In this document: positions 1 to 12,050 of the stretch, in pieces | How the letters are laid out: each line of letters starts with the position of its first letter | How positions within the stretch are numbered: the first letter of the stretch is position 1 | From: Gemmatimonadota bacterium | GTDB taxonomy: Bacteria > Gemmatimonadota > Gemmatimonadetes > Gemmatimonadales > GWC2-71-9 | Direction: 5' to 3' | Length of the DNA stretch: 64,000 nucleotides | Assembly: GCA_003220795.1 (NCBI GenBank) | Contig: QHTK01000044.1 | Location: forward strand, 14,673 to 78,672 | The notes under the pieces: generated by a model | What the model was told of the DNA's origin: nothing | The model's input: the letters and a program-made list of their open reading frames with translations, nothing else | Database searches by the model: none | Program-made: the position numbers and the translations under genes

Positions 1-1
1 T

Positions 2-1750
2 CAGTCGAGCCCCACGGGTACGCAGCTGCTGCAGGCGGTAGGGTGCGCCGAGGCCTGGCTCCGCTACACCCGGATCGACGACATCGCGGACAAGCCCGTA
101 CACGGCGACGAGCTGGTCTACGTGTCGGTCGGCGACGGCACGACCAGCGAAGGGGAATTCTGGGAAGCGCTCAACACTGCGAGCAACCTGAAGCTGCCGG
201 TGCTGTTCCTCGTCGAAGACAACAAGTACGCGATCTCCGTCCCGGTGGAAGTCCAGACCGCGGGCGGCTCGGTGTCGAAGCTGGTCGCCAACTTCCCCGA
301 CCTCCTGGTCGCGGAAGTGGACGGCTGCGACCCGGTCGCCTCCTACGACGTGCTCGTGCAGGCGGCCGAACACTGTCGTCAGCGCAAAGGCCCCGCACTC
401 GTGCACGCGCACGTCACCCGTCCCTATTCGCACTCCCTCTCCGACGACGAAGTGCTGTACAAGCCGCTCAAGGAGCGCGAGGAGGAGGCGAAGCGTGACT
501 GCACGCTTACCTTCCCGAAGCGGCTGATCGCCGAAGGTGTCGCCACCGAGGCCGAGATCGCCCAGATCCGGCAGCAGGTGGACGAGGAGGTCGAGGTCGC
601 GGCCGACATGGCGCTGGGCTCTCCCCAACCGACGCCGGAATCGGCTCTGCAGTACGTCTACTCTCCGGAGGTGGACCCGACGTCCGAGCAGTTCGACACC
701 GAACACGACCCCCAGTTCTCCGGCGATCCGACCACGATGGTGGACCTCCTCAATGCGTGTCTGAAGGACGAGATGGCGCGCGATCCGCGCATCGTGGTGT
801 TCGGGGAAGACGTGGCCGACGTGAGCCGCGAGCAGTACCTCGGGGACGTGAAGGGCAAGGGCGGCGTCTTCAAGGTCACGTGGGGCCTGCAGCGGCAGTT
901 CGGCAGCGAGCGCGTCTACAACTCGCCCCTCGCCGAGGCCAACATCGTGGGTCGCGCCATCGGGCTCGCCACCCGCGGGCTCAAGCCGGTCGTCGAGGTC
1001 CAGTTCTTCGACTACATCTGGCCCGCCTACCACCAGCTTCGGAACGAGCTCGCCACGATGCGCTGGCGCTCCAACAATGCGTTCAGCGCCCCCGCGGTCG
1101 TGCGCGTCACCTACGGCGGATACTTGAAGGGTGGCGCCATCTACCACTCGCAGACCGGGGCCGTCGTGTTCACGGCCATTCCCGGACTGCGCGTCATCTG
1201 TCCCAGCACGGCGCTCGACGCGAACGGCCTGTTGCGGACCGCCATCCGCTGCGATGACCCCGTCCTCTTCCTCGAGCACAAGCACCTCTACCGCCAGACC
1301 TACAATAAGGCGCCCAACCCGGGCCCGAACTTCATGATTCCGTTCGGCAAGGCGAAAGTAGCGCGGTCGGGCACCGCCCTGACCGTGGTGACGTACGGCG
1401 CCGTGGTGCAGCGCGCCCTGGTCGCGGCCAAGGAGCTCGAGGAGAAGGACGGGGTGAGCGTCGAGGTGATCGATCTGCGCAGCCTGTCGCCGGTGGACTG
1501 GGATGCCATCGGCGCATCCGTGCGCAAGACCAGCCGCGTGCTCGTGGCGTACGAAGACGCGCTCTCCTGGGGCTATGGCGCCGAGATCGCTGCGCAGATC
1601 GCGGGCGAACACTTTTCCTGGCTGGACGCACCGGTGAAGCGCGTGGCTTCGACCGACACGTTCGTCGGCTACGCGCCCGCCCTGGAAGACTTCATCCTGC
1701 CGCAGGTGGAGGATCTCGCGCAGGCGATGCGCGAGTTGCATGCGTTCTAG
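2..1750 (+). CDS. 2-oxoacid dehydrogenase E1, fused alpha/beta (likely branched-chain), 5'-truncated by the window
   Basis: Frame is open from position 2 ([14 protein letters not shown]...). TPP motif GDG..SEG...N, beta-subunit motifs [29 protein letters not shown]. Confidence 0.9.
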   Translation, partial: QSSPTGTQLLQAVGCAEAWLRYTRIDDIADKPVHGDELVYVSVGDGTTSEGEFWEALNTASNLKLPVLFLVEDNKYAISVPVEVQTAGGSVSKLVANFPDLLVAEVDGCDPVASYDVLVQAAEHCRQRKGPALVHAHVTRPYSHSLSDDEVLYKPLKEREEEAKRDCTLTFPKRLIAEGVATEAEIAQIRQQVDEEVEVAADMALGSPQPTPESALQYVYSPEVDPTSEQFDTEHDPQFSGDPTTMVDLLNACLKDEMARDPRIVVFGEDVADVSREQYLGDVKGKGGVFKVTWGLQRQFGSERVYNSPLAEANIVGRAIGLATRGLKPVVEVQFFDYIWPAYHQLRNELATMRWRSNNAFSAPAVVRVTYGGYLKGGAIYHSQTGAVVFTAIPGLRVICPSTALDANGLLRTAIRCDDPVLFLEHKHLYRQTYNKAPNPGPNFMIPFGKAKVARSGTALTVVTYGAVVQRALVAAKELEEKDGVSVEVIDLRSLSPVDWDAIGASVRKTSRVLVAYEDALSWGYGAEIAAQIAGEHFSWLDAPVKRVASTDTFVGYAPALEDFILPQVEDLAQAMRELHAF

Positions 1751-4700
1751 CGCAGCGCGCGCCTTCGCTTTCCTGTTTTTCCTGTCGGGCGCCACGGGCC
1801 TCGTCTACGAGCTCCTCTGGGTGCGCCTGCTGTACCAGGGGTTCGGGTCCACGATCCAGTCGGTGACGACGGTCGTCGCCGCGTACATGGGAGGCCTCGG
1901 GCTCGGCGCCTGGCTGCTGGGCCGCCGCGCCGACCGCCACCCGCGCCCGGCGGCGCTGTATGGTCGGCTCGAGATCGCCATCGGGGGGTTCGGCCTCGTT
2001 TCGCCGCTCGTCCTCGCGCTCGTGCACCGGGGGTACGTCGCGGCCGCGGCTGCGTGGCATCTGAGCGGCGGCGCCAGCGTCGCCCTCCGGTTCGGCCTCG
2101 CGGGCCTCGCGTTGCTGATCCCGACTACGCTGATGGGAGGGACGCTGCCCGTGCTCACGCGCGCGTTCATGGGCGCGGACCGCGCAGCGCTGAAGCACTC
2201 GCTGGGCCGGCTGTACGGCCTCAACACCCTGGGCGCCGTGCTGGGGACGGCGCTCGCGGGATTCTTCCTCATCGAGTGGGTCGGCATCCGGGCGAGCCTC
2301 TGGGGCACCGCGCTCGTCAACCTGCTCATCGGCGCGAGCGCGCTGCGCCTGCCCGATCCCGGGGCGGCCGGATCGCCCGCCGGCCCGGTGAGCGAGCCCG
2401 AGGTGCACCCCAGCGCGCCGCTGCTGCGGCGCATCGCCCTGATCCTGCTCGCGCTCACGGCGTTCGCGTCGCTGCTCGACGAGATCGCCTGGACCCGCGT
2501 GCTCGTGATGATCGTCGGCGGGTCGACCTACGCCTTCACCCTGGTGCTGCTCGTCTTCCTGCTCGGGATCGGCGCCGGCAGCGCCGTGGTCGCGCGCCGC
2601 AGCGCGCCGGCGTCCGAGACGGCGGCGGACGCCGCCGTCGCGCAGGCAGTGACCGCGGCCGGCGCCGGCGTTCTCTTCGTGGTCTTCGGGGTGCTGCCGC
2701 GCTACATCATCACCGTGTTTCAGGCGCAATCGCTCGGCGCGACCGAACGGCTGCTCGCGATGGGGTTTGCCGTCGGGGCGGTCGTCCTGATCCCCGCACT
2801 CGGCATGGGGATGACGTTCCCCCTGCTCACGGATCTCGTGGCCCCGCGGAACGTGGCGCGCGGCGCCGACGTCGGGCGCGCCTATGCGCTCAACACGCTG
2901 GGCAGCATCGCGGGCGCCGTGCTCACCGGATTCGTCCTGGTCGTGATGCTCGGCACGGATCTGACCCTGCGCATCGGAGTGGCGATCAACGCGGCCGCCG
3001 CCCTGACGCTCGCCGTGCTGGCGGCGCGGGGCGTCGCGGAGGGCTCGGCGCAGCACCGCCGGCTGCGGCTGCGGGTGCTCGGCGCCGGCAGCCTCGCGAG
3101 TGTGGGGCTCGCCGTCGCGCTCGCCGCGCCGCGCTGGAGCACCCGGCTCATCGATCTGGGGCCGAGCATCTATGCTCGGCAGCCGATGAACGCCGCCGCC
3201 GTGGAGGACTTCCTCGCGCATCGCGGCGTACGCCAGCTCGCTTTCAAGGAAGGGTGGAACGCGACTGTCTCCGTGTGGGAGAGCGGCCCCGGGCGCACGC
3301 TCAAGATCAACGGCAAGGCCGACGCTTCCGACCACGGCGACATGGACACCGAGATCTTGCTCGGCCTCGCGCCGGCGGCGGCGCGCCCCGGCGCAGCCAG
3401 GGCACTGGTGATCGGCTACGGCAGCGGTGTGACCACGCGCGTGCTCGCCGGCGTCCCCGGGATGGAGCGCGTGCGCGTGGTCGAGATCGAGCCCGCCGTG
3501 CTGGCGATGAGCCGCTTTTTCCTGCACGTGAACGACACCGTCCTCGCCCGATCGAACGTATCGGTGGCGGTCGACGACGCCCGCAGCGCACTCCAGATCG
3601 ACACCGCGCGCTACGACGTGATGGTCTCCGAGCCTTCGAACCCCTGGCTGGCCGGGGTCGCCACGCTCTACACCCCCGAGTTCTTTCGCATCGTGCGCGG
3701 GCGACTCGCGGACGATGGCGTCTTCTGCCAATGGGTGCAGCTCTACCAGCTGCCGGTATCGGTCGTGGCGGGCATCGTCCGGAACTTCACCGCCGTGTTC
3801 CCACACGTCGAGATCTGGTTCAGCTCGCCGGGCGACGTGATGCTGCTCGGCTCGGCGCGCCCGCTGGCGTACGATCCTGCGTGGCTCGGGCGACTGGTCG
3901 GCCCGCACGGCGCGCTCGGCGAACTCGGCCGGGAGTACCTCGGCGTGGACCAGCCCGCCGACTACTTCGGGCACCTGCTCCTCGGGCCGACCGGCGTCGC
4001 CGAGCTGCTGAAGCGCCCCAGCGTCGCCCATCGCGACGACCTGCCGCGTCTCGAGTTCGTCGCGGCACGCCGCTTCCTCGACAGCCGAGGCACCGAGGGC
4101 GTGTTCGACTCGCTGGTCGGGATGCGCGCGGCGACGCAAGCGGCGGACGGCGCGTCGCCGTTCCTCTTCGCCAAGGCGCTGACCGTGCGGCGCGGTGATC
4201 CCGCCGCCCTGCGCTACATCGACGCCGCACGCCGGGCGCGGCCCGGCGAGCCCCTCTGGACCGTCCACGCCGCCGCAATCCTGCTGGGGCTCGGTGATTC
4301 GACGCTGGCCGACACGGCGCTCGGCCGGCTTGTGCAGACAGGGCGCGACCCCGGTGCGTGGCTGCTCTCCGGGCTCGTCGCGACCCGGCGTGAGCAAGGC
4401 GCGCGCGCGGCTGCCCTGTTGTCCGGGGCGCTCGCGGCGGGGGCCGACAGCGCGGAGGCGCACGCCGGTCTCGCGGTGGTCGCGGCACGCGCGAAGGATT
4501 GGCCCCGGGCGGCGGTGCACGCGCGGGCGGCGTTGGCCGCTGCCCGCGGCACGTTGCGGCACCCCTATCCCCGGGAATGGCTGGGGGACGCACTCACGCA
4601 CTTCGCCCTGGAGGGACCGCCGCGCGTCGCCGACAGCCTGATGCGGGCGGCGGTGGCCGGGCGCGACGGCTGGTCGAAGCTGCACGAGCTCCTCGCCGTC

Positions 4701-4826
4701 GCGGCCTTGCGGGCGGGACGCTGCGAAGACGCGGTGCAGCAGTTCATTTTGCTGCTCGAGTTTGGAATCGAGCGCGACGACGGACCGCCGCTCGTCGCGC
4801 GCTGCCGGCGGGGCGAAGCGCTTTAG
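1740..4826 (+). CDS. Fused MFS-like membrane domain / spermidine synthase-like protein with C-terminal helical (TPR-like) region
   Basis: Hydrophobic N-terminus ([21 protein letters not shown]). SAM-binding [31 protein letters not shown]. Confidence 0.85.
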   Translation: MRSSAARAFAFLFFLSGATGLVYELLWVRLLYQGFGSTIQSVTTVVAAYMGGLGLGAWLLGRRADRHPRPAALYGRLEIAIGGFGLVSPLVLALVHRGYVAAAAAWHLSGGASVALRFGLAGLALLIPTTLMGGTLPVLTRAFMGADRAALKHSLGRLYGLNTLGAVLGTALAGFFLIEWVGIRASLWGTALVNLLIGASALRLPDPGAAGSPAGPVSEPEVHPSAPLLRRIALILLALTAFASLLDEIAWTRVLVMIVGGSTYAFTLVLLVFLLGIGAGSAVVARRSAPASETAADAAVAQAVTAAGAGVLFVVFGVLPRYIITVFQAQSLGATERLLAMGFAVGAVVLIPALGMGMTFPLLTDLVAPRNVARGADVGRAYALNTLGSIAGAVLTGFVLVVMLGTDLTLRIGVAINAAAALTLAVLAARGVAEGSAQHRRLRLRVLGAGSLASVGLAVALAAPRWSTRLIDLGPSIYARQPMNAAAVEDFLAHRGVRQLAFKEGWNATVSVWESGPGRTLKINGKADASDHGDMDTEILLGLAPAAARPGAARALVIGYGSGVTTRVLAGVPGMERVRVVEIEPAVLAMSRFFLHVNDTVLARSNVSVAVDDARSALQIDTARYDVMVSEPSNPWLAGVATLYTPEFFRIVRGRLADDGVFCQWVQLYQLPVSVVAGIVRNFTAVFPHVEIWFSSPGDVMLLGSARPLAYDPAWLGRLVGPHGALGELGREYLGVDQPADYFGHLLLGPTGVAELLKRPSVAHRDDLPRLEFVAARRFLDSRGTEGVFDSLVGMRAATQAADGASPFLFAKALTVRRGDPAALRYIDAARRARPGEPLWTVHAAAILLGLGDSTLADTALGRLVQTGRDPGAWLLSGLVATRREQGARAAALLSGALAAGADSAEAHAGLAVVAARAKDWPRAAVHARAALAAARGTLRHPYPREWLGDALTHFALEGPPRVADSLMRAAVAGRDGWSKLHELLAVAALRAGRCEDAVQQFILLLEFGIERDDGPPLVARCRRGEAL

Positions 4827-6682
4827 GCGCCGGTCTGCTCTCCCAGCACTTCCCGGATCTCGCCCGCCGCGGCGATCGCGTGGTCGACGTCGCGGGACAA
4901 GGCTCGGGCCTGCTGCGTGGCGTGCGTCAGATCGTCGAGCACCGCCGCCACCCCCGCCGATCGGAGCCGCAGCAGATCGAACCGCACGTTCTGCATCGCG
5001 AGCACGCACGATTCGATCTGATCCTCGACGAGCTGCCGGCGCGTGATCAGGTCCGCGAGGGTCTGCCGCTGCCGCTGGAGCAGGTTGAGCTGGCGGTCGC
5101 GCTCCGCGCTCTCCGGCTCCCGCTTGGTCAGCGCGAGCTTCTCGTCGAGGCGCGCGAGCGCCCTCTGATCCACGTCGCCGCTCATGGCGTGCGCGGCACG
5201 CGCCAGGTCCTCGGCGCGCTTCAGCAGTCCGTCCACCGTGACGATCACGTCCGGGAGCAGCTTCCGTTCGGACTTGGGCACGCGCTCCATGATCTTGAGG
5301 ATCGCCTTGCGGTCGTTCCGCGCCTGCTGTACCGCCGTCGCGAGGCGGCCGAACTCCTCCACCGTGGCGGCCGGGAGGTCCAGGGGGCGTGACCCCGCCG
5401 CAGCGAGCTGCGCCTCGGCCGACTCGGGCGCGGCCGGCCGGCGCAGCACGTCGCGCCACGAATAGCCCGCGCTCCAAAGCTTCATGTACATCGGCAGCAG
5501 GCCGAACGCGCCCCACGGTACCGCCACGAACAACGACCACCCGTGCCACCCCGTCGCCGCGTCGAATAGCAAGCAGCCGCCTGCCACCGACGCCCAGGAC
5601 ACGAAGCTCGACCGCATCTTGCGGACGACGTCGGCTTCCCCCCCCCCGCCGCCCCCCGCCGTGAGCTGCACCGCCTCGCGCTGCGGGCGCGTCGGGCGCC
5701 GCCCACGCCCGCCCCCCACGTCGAACGGGCTGCGAGGGGCCGGGAGGGAGGGCGGCGGCGGGAACCGTGAAGCCCGCGCTGCCGCCCCGGCCGAGGGGCG
5801 GCGCGACCGGTACATGGTTGCGGTGCGCGCTTCCAGCGCCCGCCGCAATGCGTCCGCCGTGGGCCAGCGGTCTTCCGGGTCTTTCTCGAGCGAGCGCATC
5901 ACGCACGCCGCCAGATCGTCGGGGCAATCGTTGCACCGCTCCGTGACGAGCGGTGCCCGCTCCGTGATGTGCTTCATGAGGATGCCCGGCACGGTGGGCG
6001 CTTGGAACGGCAGCTCCCCCGTCAGCATCTGATAGCTCACCACTCCCAGGCTGTAGATGTCCGAGCGGCCGTCGATTTCACGGTCTCCCGCGGCTTGCTC
6101 CGGGCTCATGTAGTGCGGCGTCCCGATCGCCACGCCCGTGGCGGTCAGTGTGGCCGAGCCGGTGGTCGAGGAGAGGGCCTTGGCGATCCCGAAGTCCGTC
6201 ACTACGACGCGGCCCCGGCTTCCCTCGAGCAGAATGTTGTCCGGCTTCACGTCCCGGTGGATGATGCCGAGCGCGTGCGCCGCGCCGAGCGCATCGGACG
6301 TCTCGAGCATGATGCGGCGCGCCTCCTCCGAGGGCAGCCGGCCGCGCCGCTTCAACTTCGCCGCCACCGACTCGCCGTCCACGTACGCCATGACGAAGTA
6401 GACGAGCCCGTCGGGCCCTTCGCCCACCGAATGGATCGGCACGATGTGGGGGTGGGACAACCGCGCCGCGGTCTCCGCCTCGCGCAGGAACCGGATGCGG
6501 ATCTCCTCGCGAAAGGCAAGCTCGGGAGGCAGGACCTTGATCGCCACTTGACGCTTCAGGCGCTCGTCCCGGGCCTTGTAGACGACCCCCATGCCGCCGC
6601 GACCGAGCTCCCCCTCGACGGTGTAGGAGCGTCCCAGCGCTTGGATCAGGCGTCCGGCGAGCGACTTGTCGGCGTCATTCAT
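4823..6682 (-). CDS. Hanks-type Ser/Thr protein kinase with two TM helices and a C-terminal coiled coil
   Basis: GRGGMGVVY, VAIK, HRDVKPDN, DFG, GTPHYMSPEQ motifs. Confidence 0.93.
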   Translation of the reverse strand: MNDADKSLAGRLIQALGRSYTVEGELGRGGMGVVYKARDERLKRQVAIKVLPPELAFREEIRIRFLREAETAARLSHPHIVPIHSVGEGPDGLVYFVMAYVDGESVAAKLKRRGRLPSEEARRIMLETSDALGAAHALGIIHRDVKPDNILLEGSRGRVVVTDFGIAKALSSTTGSATLTATGVAIGTPHYMSPEQAAGDREIDGRSDIYSLGVVSYQMLTGELPFQAPTVPGILMKHITERAPLVTERCNDCPDDLAACVMRSLEKDPEDRWPTADALRRALEARTATMYRSRRPSAGAAARASRFPPPPSLPAPRSPFDVGGGRGRRPTRPQREAVQLTAGGGGGGEADVVRKMRSSFVSWASVAGGCLLFDAATGWHGWSLFVAVPWGAFGLLPMYMKLWSAGYSWRDVLRRPAAPESAEAQLAAAGSRPLDLPAATVEEFGRLATAVQQARNDRKAILKIMERVPKSERKLLPDVIVTVDGLLKRAEDLARAAHAMSGDVDQRALARLDEKLALTKREPESAERDRQLNLLQRQRQTLADLITRRQLVEDQIESCVLAMQNVRFDLLRLRSAGVAAVLDDLTHATQQARALSRDVDHAIAAAGEIREVLGEQTGA

Positions 6683-6888
6683 CAGGGTCCGGCCAGTGAG
6701 CGCCGCATAGATTTAGCCGCACGAGGCCCGCCCTGCAACCAGCCAAATGATTTGCACTTACGTTTCGACCCCTTGGTCTCTGGCGCCAAGCTGGCCGCCC
6801 GGCGCCCGATCGCCGGTGGCTAAACGGCAGCGTCTGCCTTATTGACCGCTCCGAGAGGAACGGACGTGTTCGTCCAAGCGTTGTTTGG

Positions 6889-6904
6889 TGGCACGGACGA
6901 TGCT
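6889..6904 (+). promoter_or_regulatory. Putative sigma54 (-24/-12) promoter of lon
   Basis: TGGCACGGACGATGCT matches TGGCAC-N5-TTGC with exact GG-N10-GC spacing, about 50 nt before the ATG at 6954. Confidence 0.6.
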
Positions 6905-6953
6905 AAGGCAGTCCGGCCGTGAGGCTGTTGTCAACTCTCAACTGGAAGAACCT

Positions 6954-9383
6954 ATGTCTGAACGCCTGACGCTCCCGGTGCTGCCGCTCCGGGAGATCGT
7001 ACTGTTTCCGGGCGTGTCCACGCCGATCGGCGCGGGCCGTCCAACGACTTTGCGCGCCATCGAGGCGGCGTTGAAGGGCGACTCTCGCCTGATCTTCGGC
7101 GTGTCGCAGCGCGAGAACGTCGACCATGTCACGCCGGCCGTGCTGTACACGACCGGGACGATCGCCAAGATCAGCCAGATTCAGCGCGGGCTGGGTGGCG
7201 TGCAGCTGCTGTTGCACGGCGAGAAGCGCGGCGCGGCGGTGCATTATGTCGAGAACCAGGGGCACCTCGAGGCCGTGGTGCGGGAAGTAGAGGACCTGCC
7301 GCCATTGCGCCCCGACGATCCGGCGTTCGTGGGGCTGCACCGGGAGGCGCGCGAGCGTGCCGCGGAGCTGGGGCAGAAGTCCGGGTTGCCGGAAGAGGTC
7401 GTTCGACAGGTGCTCGAGGGCGTCTCCGATCCCGGGCGTCTCGCCGACCTCGTGGCCGGCTACCTAGAGATCGACCCGGCCGAGCGCCAGGCGTTGCTCG
7501 AAACCCTCGAGGTCGAGGAGCGGCTGCGCCGGGTGCTGGTGCACGTGCAGCGTCAGATCGGCGTGCTCGACGCTCAGGAGCACATCAAGTCGCAGGTTCA
7601 GGAGGAGCTGGGCGAGCGCCAGCGGGAGCTGTTCCTGCGCGAGCAGATGAAGGCGATCCGGAAGGAGCTGGGCGAGGGGGACGAGACAAGTGACGTCGAG
7701 GAGCTGCGCAAGCGCCTCGCGGCGCTCCAGCTCCCCGACGCCGCCCAGAAGGAAGTGGAGCGCGAGCTGGCGCGGCTCGAGCGGGCGGCCCGGGACTCGA
7801 TGGAAGCTCAGGTCATCCGCACGTATCTCGAGACTGTGGCCGAGCTCCCGTGGAACAAACGGGCCGAAGAGTCGCTCGACCTGAAGCGGGCGGCCGCCAT
7901 CCTCGACGAGGACCACTACGGCCTGCAGGACGTCAAGGACGAGGTGCTCGAGTTCCTGTCGGTCCGGCAGCTGCGTCAGCGTACGCCGGAAGGCGACGCG
8001 CGCGGTAACGACGACGATAAGCAGTCCAAGGGATCGATCTTGCTGTTCGTCGGGCCGCCGGGCGTGGGTAAGACGTCGATCGCGAAGTCGATCGCCCGGG
8101 CGATGGGCCGGCCGTACGTCCGCATCTCGCTGGGCGGCGCCCGGGACGAGGCCGACATCCGCGGCCATCGCCGCACCTACGTCGGAGCGATGCCGGGCCG
8201 CATCATTCAGGGAATGAAGCAGGCCGGCGCCAAGAACCCCGTGTTCCTGCTCGACGAAGTCGACAAGCTGGGCGTCTCGTTCCAAGGCGACCCGGCGGCC
8301 GCGCTGCTGGAGGTGCTCGACCCGGCGCAGAACGACTCGTTCACCGATCACTACCTCGGGGTGCCGTTCGACCTCTCGGAGGTGTTGTTCGTCGCGACGG
8401 CGAACTTCCTGCAGTACATCCCGGCACCGCTGCTCGACCGGCTCGAGACCGTCAACTTCGCCGGCTACACCGAGCGCGAGAAGCTCGAGATCGCGAAGCG
8501 CTACTTGCTGACGCGCCAGCTGCAGGAGAACGGCCTGGCCCCGGGGCAGCTGACCGTGGACGACGCCGCGCTGAGCAAGATCATCACGAGCTACACGCGC
8601 GAAGCGGGCGTGCGCCAGCTGGAGCGCGAGATCGGCAAGCTGGCCCGCAAGGTGGCGCGTAGGGTGGCGGTGGGAGAGGTGGAGCGCCTCGCCGTGGACG
8701 CGTCTGATGTCGACGACTTGATCGGGCGGCCCAAGGTGCATCCGGAGCGCATGGCGCGCGAGGACGACTTGGGCGTCGCGACCGGCATGTACTACACGCC
8801 GGTCGGAGGCGACATCATGTTCGTCGAGGCGAGCGTGATGCGGGGCAAGGGCGAACTGGTGCTCACCGGCCAGCTGGGAGACGTGATGAAGGAATCGGCG
8901 CGCGCGGCGCTGACGTACGCGAAGAGCCACGCCGATCAGCTCGGCATTCCGGAGGAGGCGCTCGCCGAAACGGACGTGCATATCCACGTCCCCGCCGGCG
9001 CGATCCCGAAGGACGGTCCGTCCGCGGGCGTGACGATGGCCACGGCGCTGGTGTCCGCGCTGTCGCGGCGGCCGGCGCGCCACGACGTGGCGATGACCGG
9101 CGAAATCACGCTGCGCGGCCGGGTGCTGCCCATCGGAGGCGTCAAGGAGAAGGTGCTGGGCGCGGTCCGCGCGGGCCTTCGGACCATCGTGCTCCCTAAG
9201 GAGAACGCGGCCGACCTGGAGGACCTCCCCGAGGATGTGCGGAAGTCGCTCGAGGTGCACCTGGTTGAGGATTTGGGCGAGGTGCTGAGCCTGGCGCTGC
9301 GCGGCGCCCGGTTCGAAGCGGGCCACCTGGTATTCGAGGGACCCGTGCCGATCGAGCCCAGTCTCGTGGCGAAGCAAAACTAG
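6954..9383 (+). CDS. lon: ATP-dependent protease La
   Basis: LPVLPLR N-domain, Walker [17 protein letters not shown], catalytic PKDGPSAG and GGVKEK. ATG 6954 preferred over TTG 6885. Confidence 0.97.
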   Translation: MSERLTLPVLPLREIVLFPGVSTPIGAGRPTTLRAIEAALKGDSRLIFGVSQRENVDHVTPAVLYTTGTIAKISQIQRGLGGVQLLLHGEKRGAAVHYVENQGHLEAVVREVEDLPPLRPDDPAFVGLHREARERAAELGQKSGLPEEVVRQVLEGVSDPGRLADLVAGYLEIDPAERQALLETLEVEERLRRVLVHVQRQIGVLDAQEHIKSQVQEELGERQRELFLREQMKAIRKELGEGDETSDVEELRKRLAALQLPDAAQKEVERELARLERAARDSMEAQVIRTYLETVAELPWNKRAEESLDLKRAAAILDEDHYGLQDVKDEVLEFLSVRQLRQRTPEGDARGNDDDKQSKGSILLFVGPPGVGKTSIAKSIARAMGRPYVRISLGGARDEADIRGHRRTYVGAMPGRIIQGMKQAGAKNPVFLLDEVDKLGVSFQGDPAAALLEVLDPAQNDSFTDHYLGVPFDLSEVLFVATANFLQYIPAPLLDRLETVNFAGYTEREKLEIAKRYLLTRQLQENGLAPGQLTVDDAALSKIITSYTREAGVRQLEREIGKLARKVARRVAVGEVERLAVDASDVDDLIGRPKVHPERMAREDDLGVATGMYYTPVGGDIMFVEASVMRGKGELVLTGQLGDVMKESARAALTYAKSHADQLGIPEEALAETDVHIHVPAGAIPKDGPSAGVTMATALVSALSRRPARHDVAMTGEITLRGRVLPIGGVKEKVLGAVRAGLRTIVLPKENAADLEDLPEDVRKSLEVHLVEDLGEVLSLALRGARFEAGHLVFEGPVPIEPSLVAKQN

Positions 9384-9401
9384 CCGCTGCGCCGGTCGGA
9401 G

Positions 9402-9438
9402 CAGGGCCCCCGGGAGTTCCCCGGGGGCCCTGACGTTT
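9402..9438 (+). terminator. Rho-independent terminator after lon
   Basis: Perfect 13-bp stem CAGGGCCCCCGGG / CCCGGGGGCCCTG, 5-nt loop, followed by ACGTTT. Confidence 0.75.
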
Positions 9439-9499
9439 GTGCAACCTTTTCCGGGGGGCGCGCGTCTAAATCCCGGTATCCCAGACCAAAGGTCCCGGT

Positions 9500-12043
9500 A
9501 TGCCGGTGGCTGTTCCCATGCTCGCCCTCATGATCGTCGTGCAGGCGAACGGCAGCTCCGGCGCCGAGACCCCGCCGGCCCGGACGCCTCCCCCCACGTC
9601 CAACAGCGTCGCCGCCCGGCGGGCCGTGCGCGCGGTCGTCATCGACGGCAAGGACGACGACGAGGTGTGGCGCGAGGCACCGGCGATCACGGCGTTTCGC
9701 GAGTTCTCGCCGCGCGAGGACGGCCCCCCCCGATTCCCCACGGAAGCCAAAGTCGCCTATGACGATCACAACTTCTACGCCTTCATTCGCGCCTTCGATC
9801 CGCATCCCGACAGCATCCTGAAGATTCTCGCCCGCCGCGACGTCCGCGCTCCGACCGACCAGCTCAAGATCGTCATCGACTCCTACCACGACCGCCGCAC
9901 CGGGTACGAGTTCGCGGTCAACCCCGCCGGGGTGAAGCGCGATTATGCGATCTACAACGACAATAACGAGGACGATGCCTGGGACGGCGTGTGGGAGGTG
10001 GCGGCGACAGTTGACTCACTCGGTTGGACAGCGGAGTTCCGGATTCCGCTGTCGCAGCTGCGGTACGCTCACGCCGACACCAACACCTTCGGCTTCGCCG
10101 TGTGGCGTGACATTCAGCGCTACACCGAGCGGGTCAGCTGGCCGGTATACCGGCAGTCCCAGTCGGGTTTCGCGTCCCAGCTCGGGGATGTGACGGGCCT
10201 CGTGGGACTGCCGGCGCCGCGTCGGCTGGAAGTCGCGCCGTACATGGTGACGAAGAACGTCTCCGTTCCCGTGGGCCCCGCTTTCGACCGTTCACAGAAG
10301 CTCACCGCGGGCGCCGACTTGAAGTATGGGCTCACGTCCAACGTGACACTCGACGCCACGGTCAACCCCGACTTCGGGCAGGTGGAGGCGGATCCCGCGG
10401 TCTTAAACCTCACGGCCTTCGAGACGTTCTTCCAGGAACGGCGCCCGTTCTTCGTCGCGGGAACGGGCGTGTTTCGCTTCGACGTCAATTGTAGCCAGGT
10501 GAATTGCAACGGGGAGCGGCTGTTTTATTCGCGCCGCATCGGGCGGGCGCCGCAGCTCCCCGGGAACGACCCAAGCTCGCCCATCGCCACCACCATCTAC
10601 GGCGCAGCGAAGGTGACCGGCCGGTTGCCAGGTGGTCAGACCGTGGGTGTGCTCGACGCCATCACGCAGCGCGCCACGGGCAGCTCCGATCGCACCACCG
10701 AGCCCGCCACCAACTACGCGGTGCTGCGCGGGCAGCAGGATTTCCGCAAGGGCCAAAGCGGCGTCGGCATGATGTTCACGGCAGTGAACCGCAGCCTCGA
10801 CCCGCTGACGGAGGGCGGGCTGCGCCACAACGCGTACGTCGGCGCGGTGGACTTCCGGCACCGGTTCCTGGGAAGCCGCTATCAGGTCTCGGGCTCGCTC
10901 GACTTGAGCCGGGTGACGGGCACGGCGGCGGCCATCACCGCGACGCAGCGCGACGCGGTGCACTACTACCAGCGGCCCGATGCCGGCCTGCCGTTCGACT
11001 CGACCAGGACCTCACTGGCGGGGGACGCGGAAGAGCTGCTGTTCGGCAAAGTGGGTGGAGGGATTACCCGGTTCGAGACGAGCTATCAGCGCCGGTCCCC
11101 GGGCTTCGAGGTGAACGACTTGGGCTTCCTGCTGCGCGCCGACCAGCAGAGCTGGAATACCTGGTTCGGAGTGCAGTCGCTCCATCCGAGCTCTCTGTAT
11201 CAGACCGCGTTCTGGAACTTCAACTGGTGGCAATTCTGGACGGGCGCCGGGCTGCCGGTCGAGCGCGCCGCCAACACCAATGTCCACGTCCAGCTCAACA
11301 ACCGCTGGTGGCTGCACGCCGGCACGACACTGGGCCACCTCGGCACGACCCTCGACGACCGCCGGGCTCGGGGGGGCCCGGCCGTGCGGGTCGATCCGAT
11401 CGTCTCTTCCTGGGCGGAGTGGGATGGCGACAGCCGGCCGGTTGTAGTGCCCGCACTGTGGACGAATTATTGGCGCGGGGACGGCGGCCGGTCCGAGTCG
11501 GTCAACCTGGGCTCGCAGGTATCGGTCCGCATCGCGTCGCAGTTCAACACGACGATCGGGGTGAGCGCCACCCACAATATCGACAACACCCAGCCCTTCG
11601 ACCCCGTCACCGACTCCACCGGCGCCAGGCACTATCCCGTGGCCCACCTGAACCAAAAGACCCTGTCACTGACAGGCCGGGTGGACTACACGATAACGCC
11701 CGACCTCACACTCCAGGTCTATGCACAGCCGTTCGTGAGCAAGGGCAACTATTCGAACGCGCGCGAGCTCGCTGCTCCGCGCGCCGCGGCGTACGACGAC
11801 CGGTTCAAGCCGTACACCGGCACGCTCCAGAGCGGGTTCAACTTCAAGCAGTTCAATTCCAACGTCGTGCTGCGATGGGAATATCGGCCCGGCTCGACTC
11901 TGTTCGTCGTCTGGACGCAAGGGCGGCGCGACTTCCTCGGGGCGACGGGGCCGCGGTCGCTCGCCGGTGATTTCGGCGACCTCTTCACGCTCCACCCCAA
12001 TAACACCTTCCTCGTGAAGGCGTCCTACTGGCTGAACTGGTGA
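9500..12043 (+). CDS. DUF5916-family outer-membrane protein with N-terminal CBM9-like domain
   Basis: Signal peptide, IDG..DD..W, WTAEFRIP, TVNPDFGQVEAD, FFQERRPFF, C-terminal KASYWLNW barrel signature. Confidence 0.85.
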   Translation: MPVAVPMLALMIVVQANGSSGAETPPARTPPPTSNSVAARRAVRAVVIDGKDDDEVWREAPAITAFREFSPREDGPPRFPTEAKVAYDDHNFYAFIRAFDPHPDSILKILARRDVRAPTDQLKIVIDSYHDRRTGYEFAVNPAGVKRDYAIYNDNNEDDAWDGVWEVAATVDSLGWTAEFRIPLSQLRYAHADTNTFGFAVWRDIQRYTERVSWPVYRQSQSGFASQLGDVTGLVGLPAPRRLEVAPYMVTKNVSVPVGPAFDRSQKLTAGADLKYGLTSNVTLDATVNPDFGQVEADPAVLNLTAFETFFQERRPFFVAGTGVFRFDVNCSQVNCNGERLFYSRRIGRAPQLPGNDPSSPIATTIYGAAKVTGRLPGGQTVGVLDAITQRATGSSDRTTEPATNYAVLRGQQDFRKGQSGVGMMFTAVNRSLDPLTEGGLRHNAYVGAVDFRHRFLGSRYQVSGSLDLSRVTGTAAAITATQRDAVHYYQRPDAGLPFDSTRTSLAGDAEELLFGKVGGGITRFETSYQRRSPGFEVNDLGFLLRADQQSWNTWFGVQSLHPSSLYQTAFWNFNWWQFWTGAGLPVERAANTNVHVQLNNRWWLHAGTTLGHLGTTLDDRRARGGPAVRVDPIVSSWAEWDGDSRPVVVPALWTNYWRGDGGRSESVNLGSQVSVRIASQFNTTIGVSATHNIDNTQPFDPVTDSTGARHYPVAHLNQKTLSLTGRVDYTITPDLTLQVYAQPFVSKGNYSNARELAAPRAAAYDDRFKPYTGTLQSGFNFKQFNSNVVLRWEYRPGSTLFVVWTQGRRDFLGATGPRSLAGDFGDLFTLHPNNTFLVKASYWLNW

Positions 12044-12050
12044 TACGCGC

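Noticed and set aside
1692-5936. 1414-aa minus-strand ORF and many other long overlapping ORFs
   Set aside because: Antisense or alternate-frame shadows of high-GC genes, Arg/Ala/Gly-rich with no recognisable motifs.
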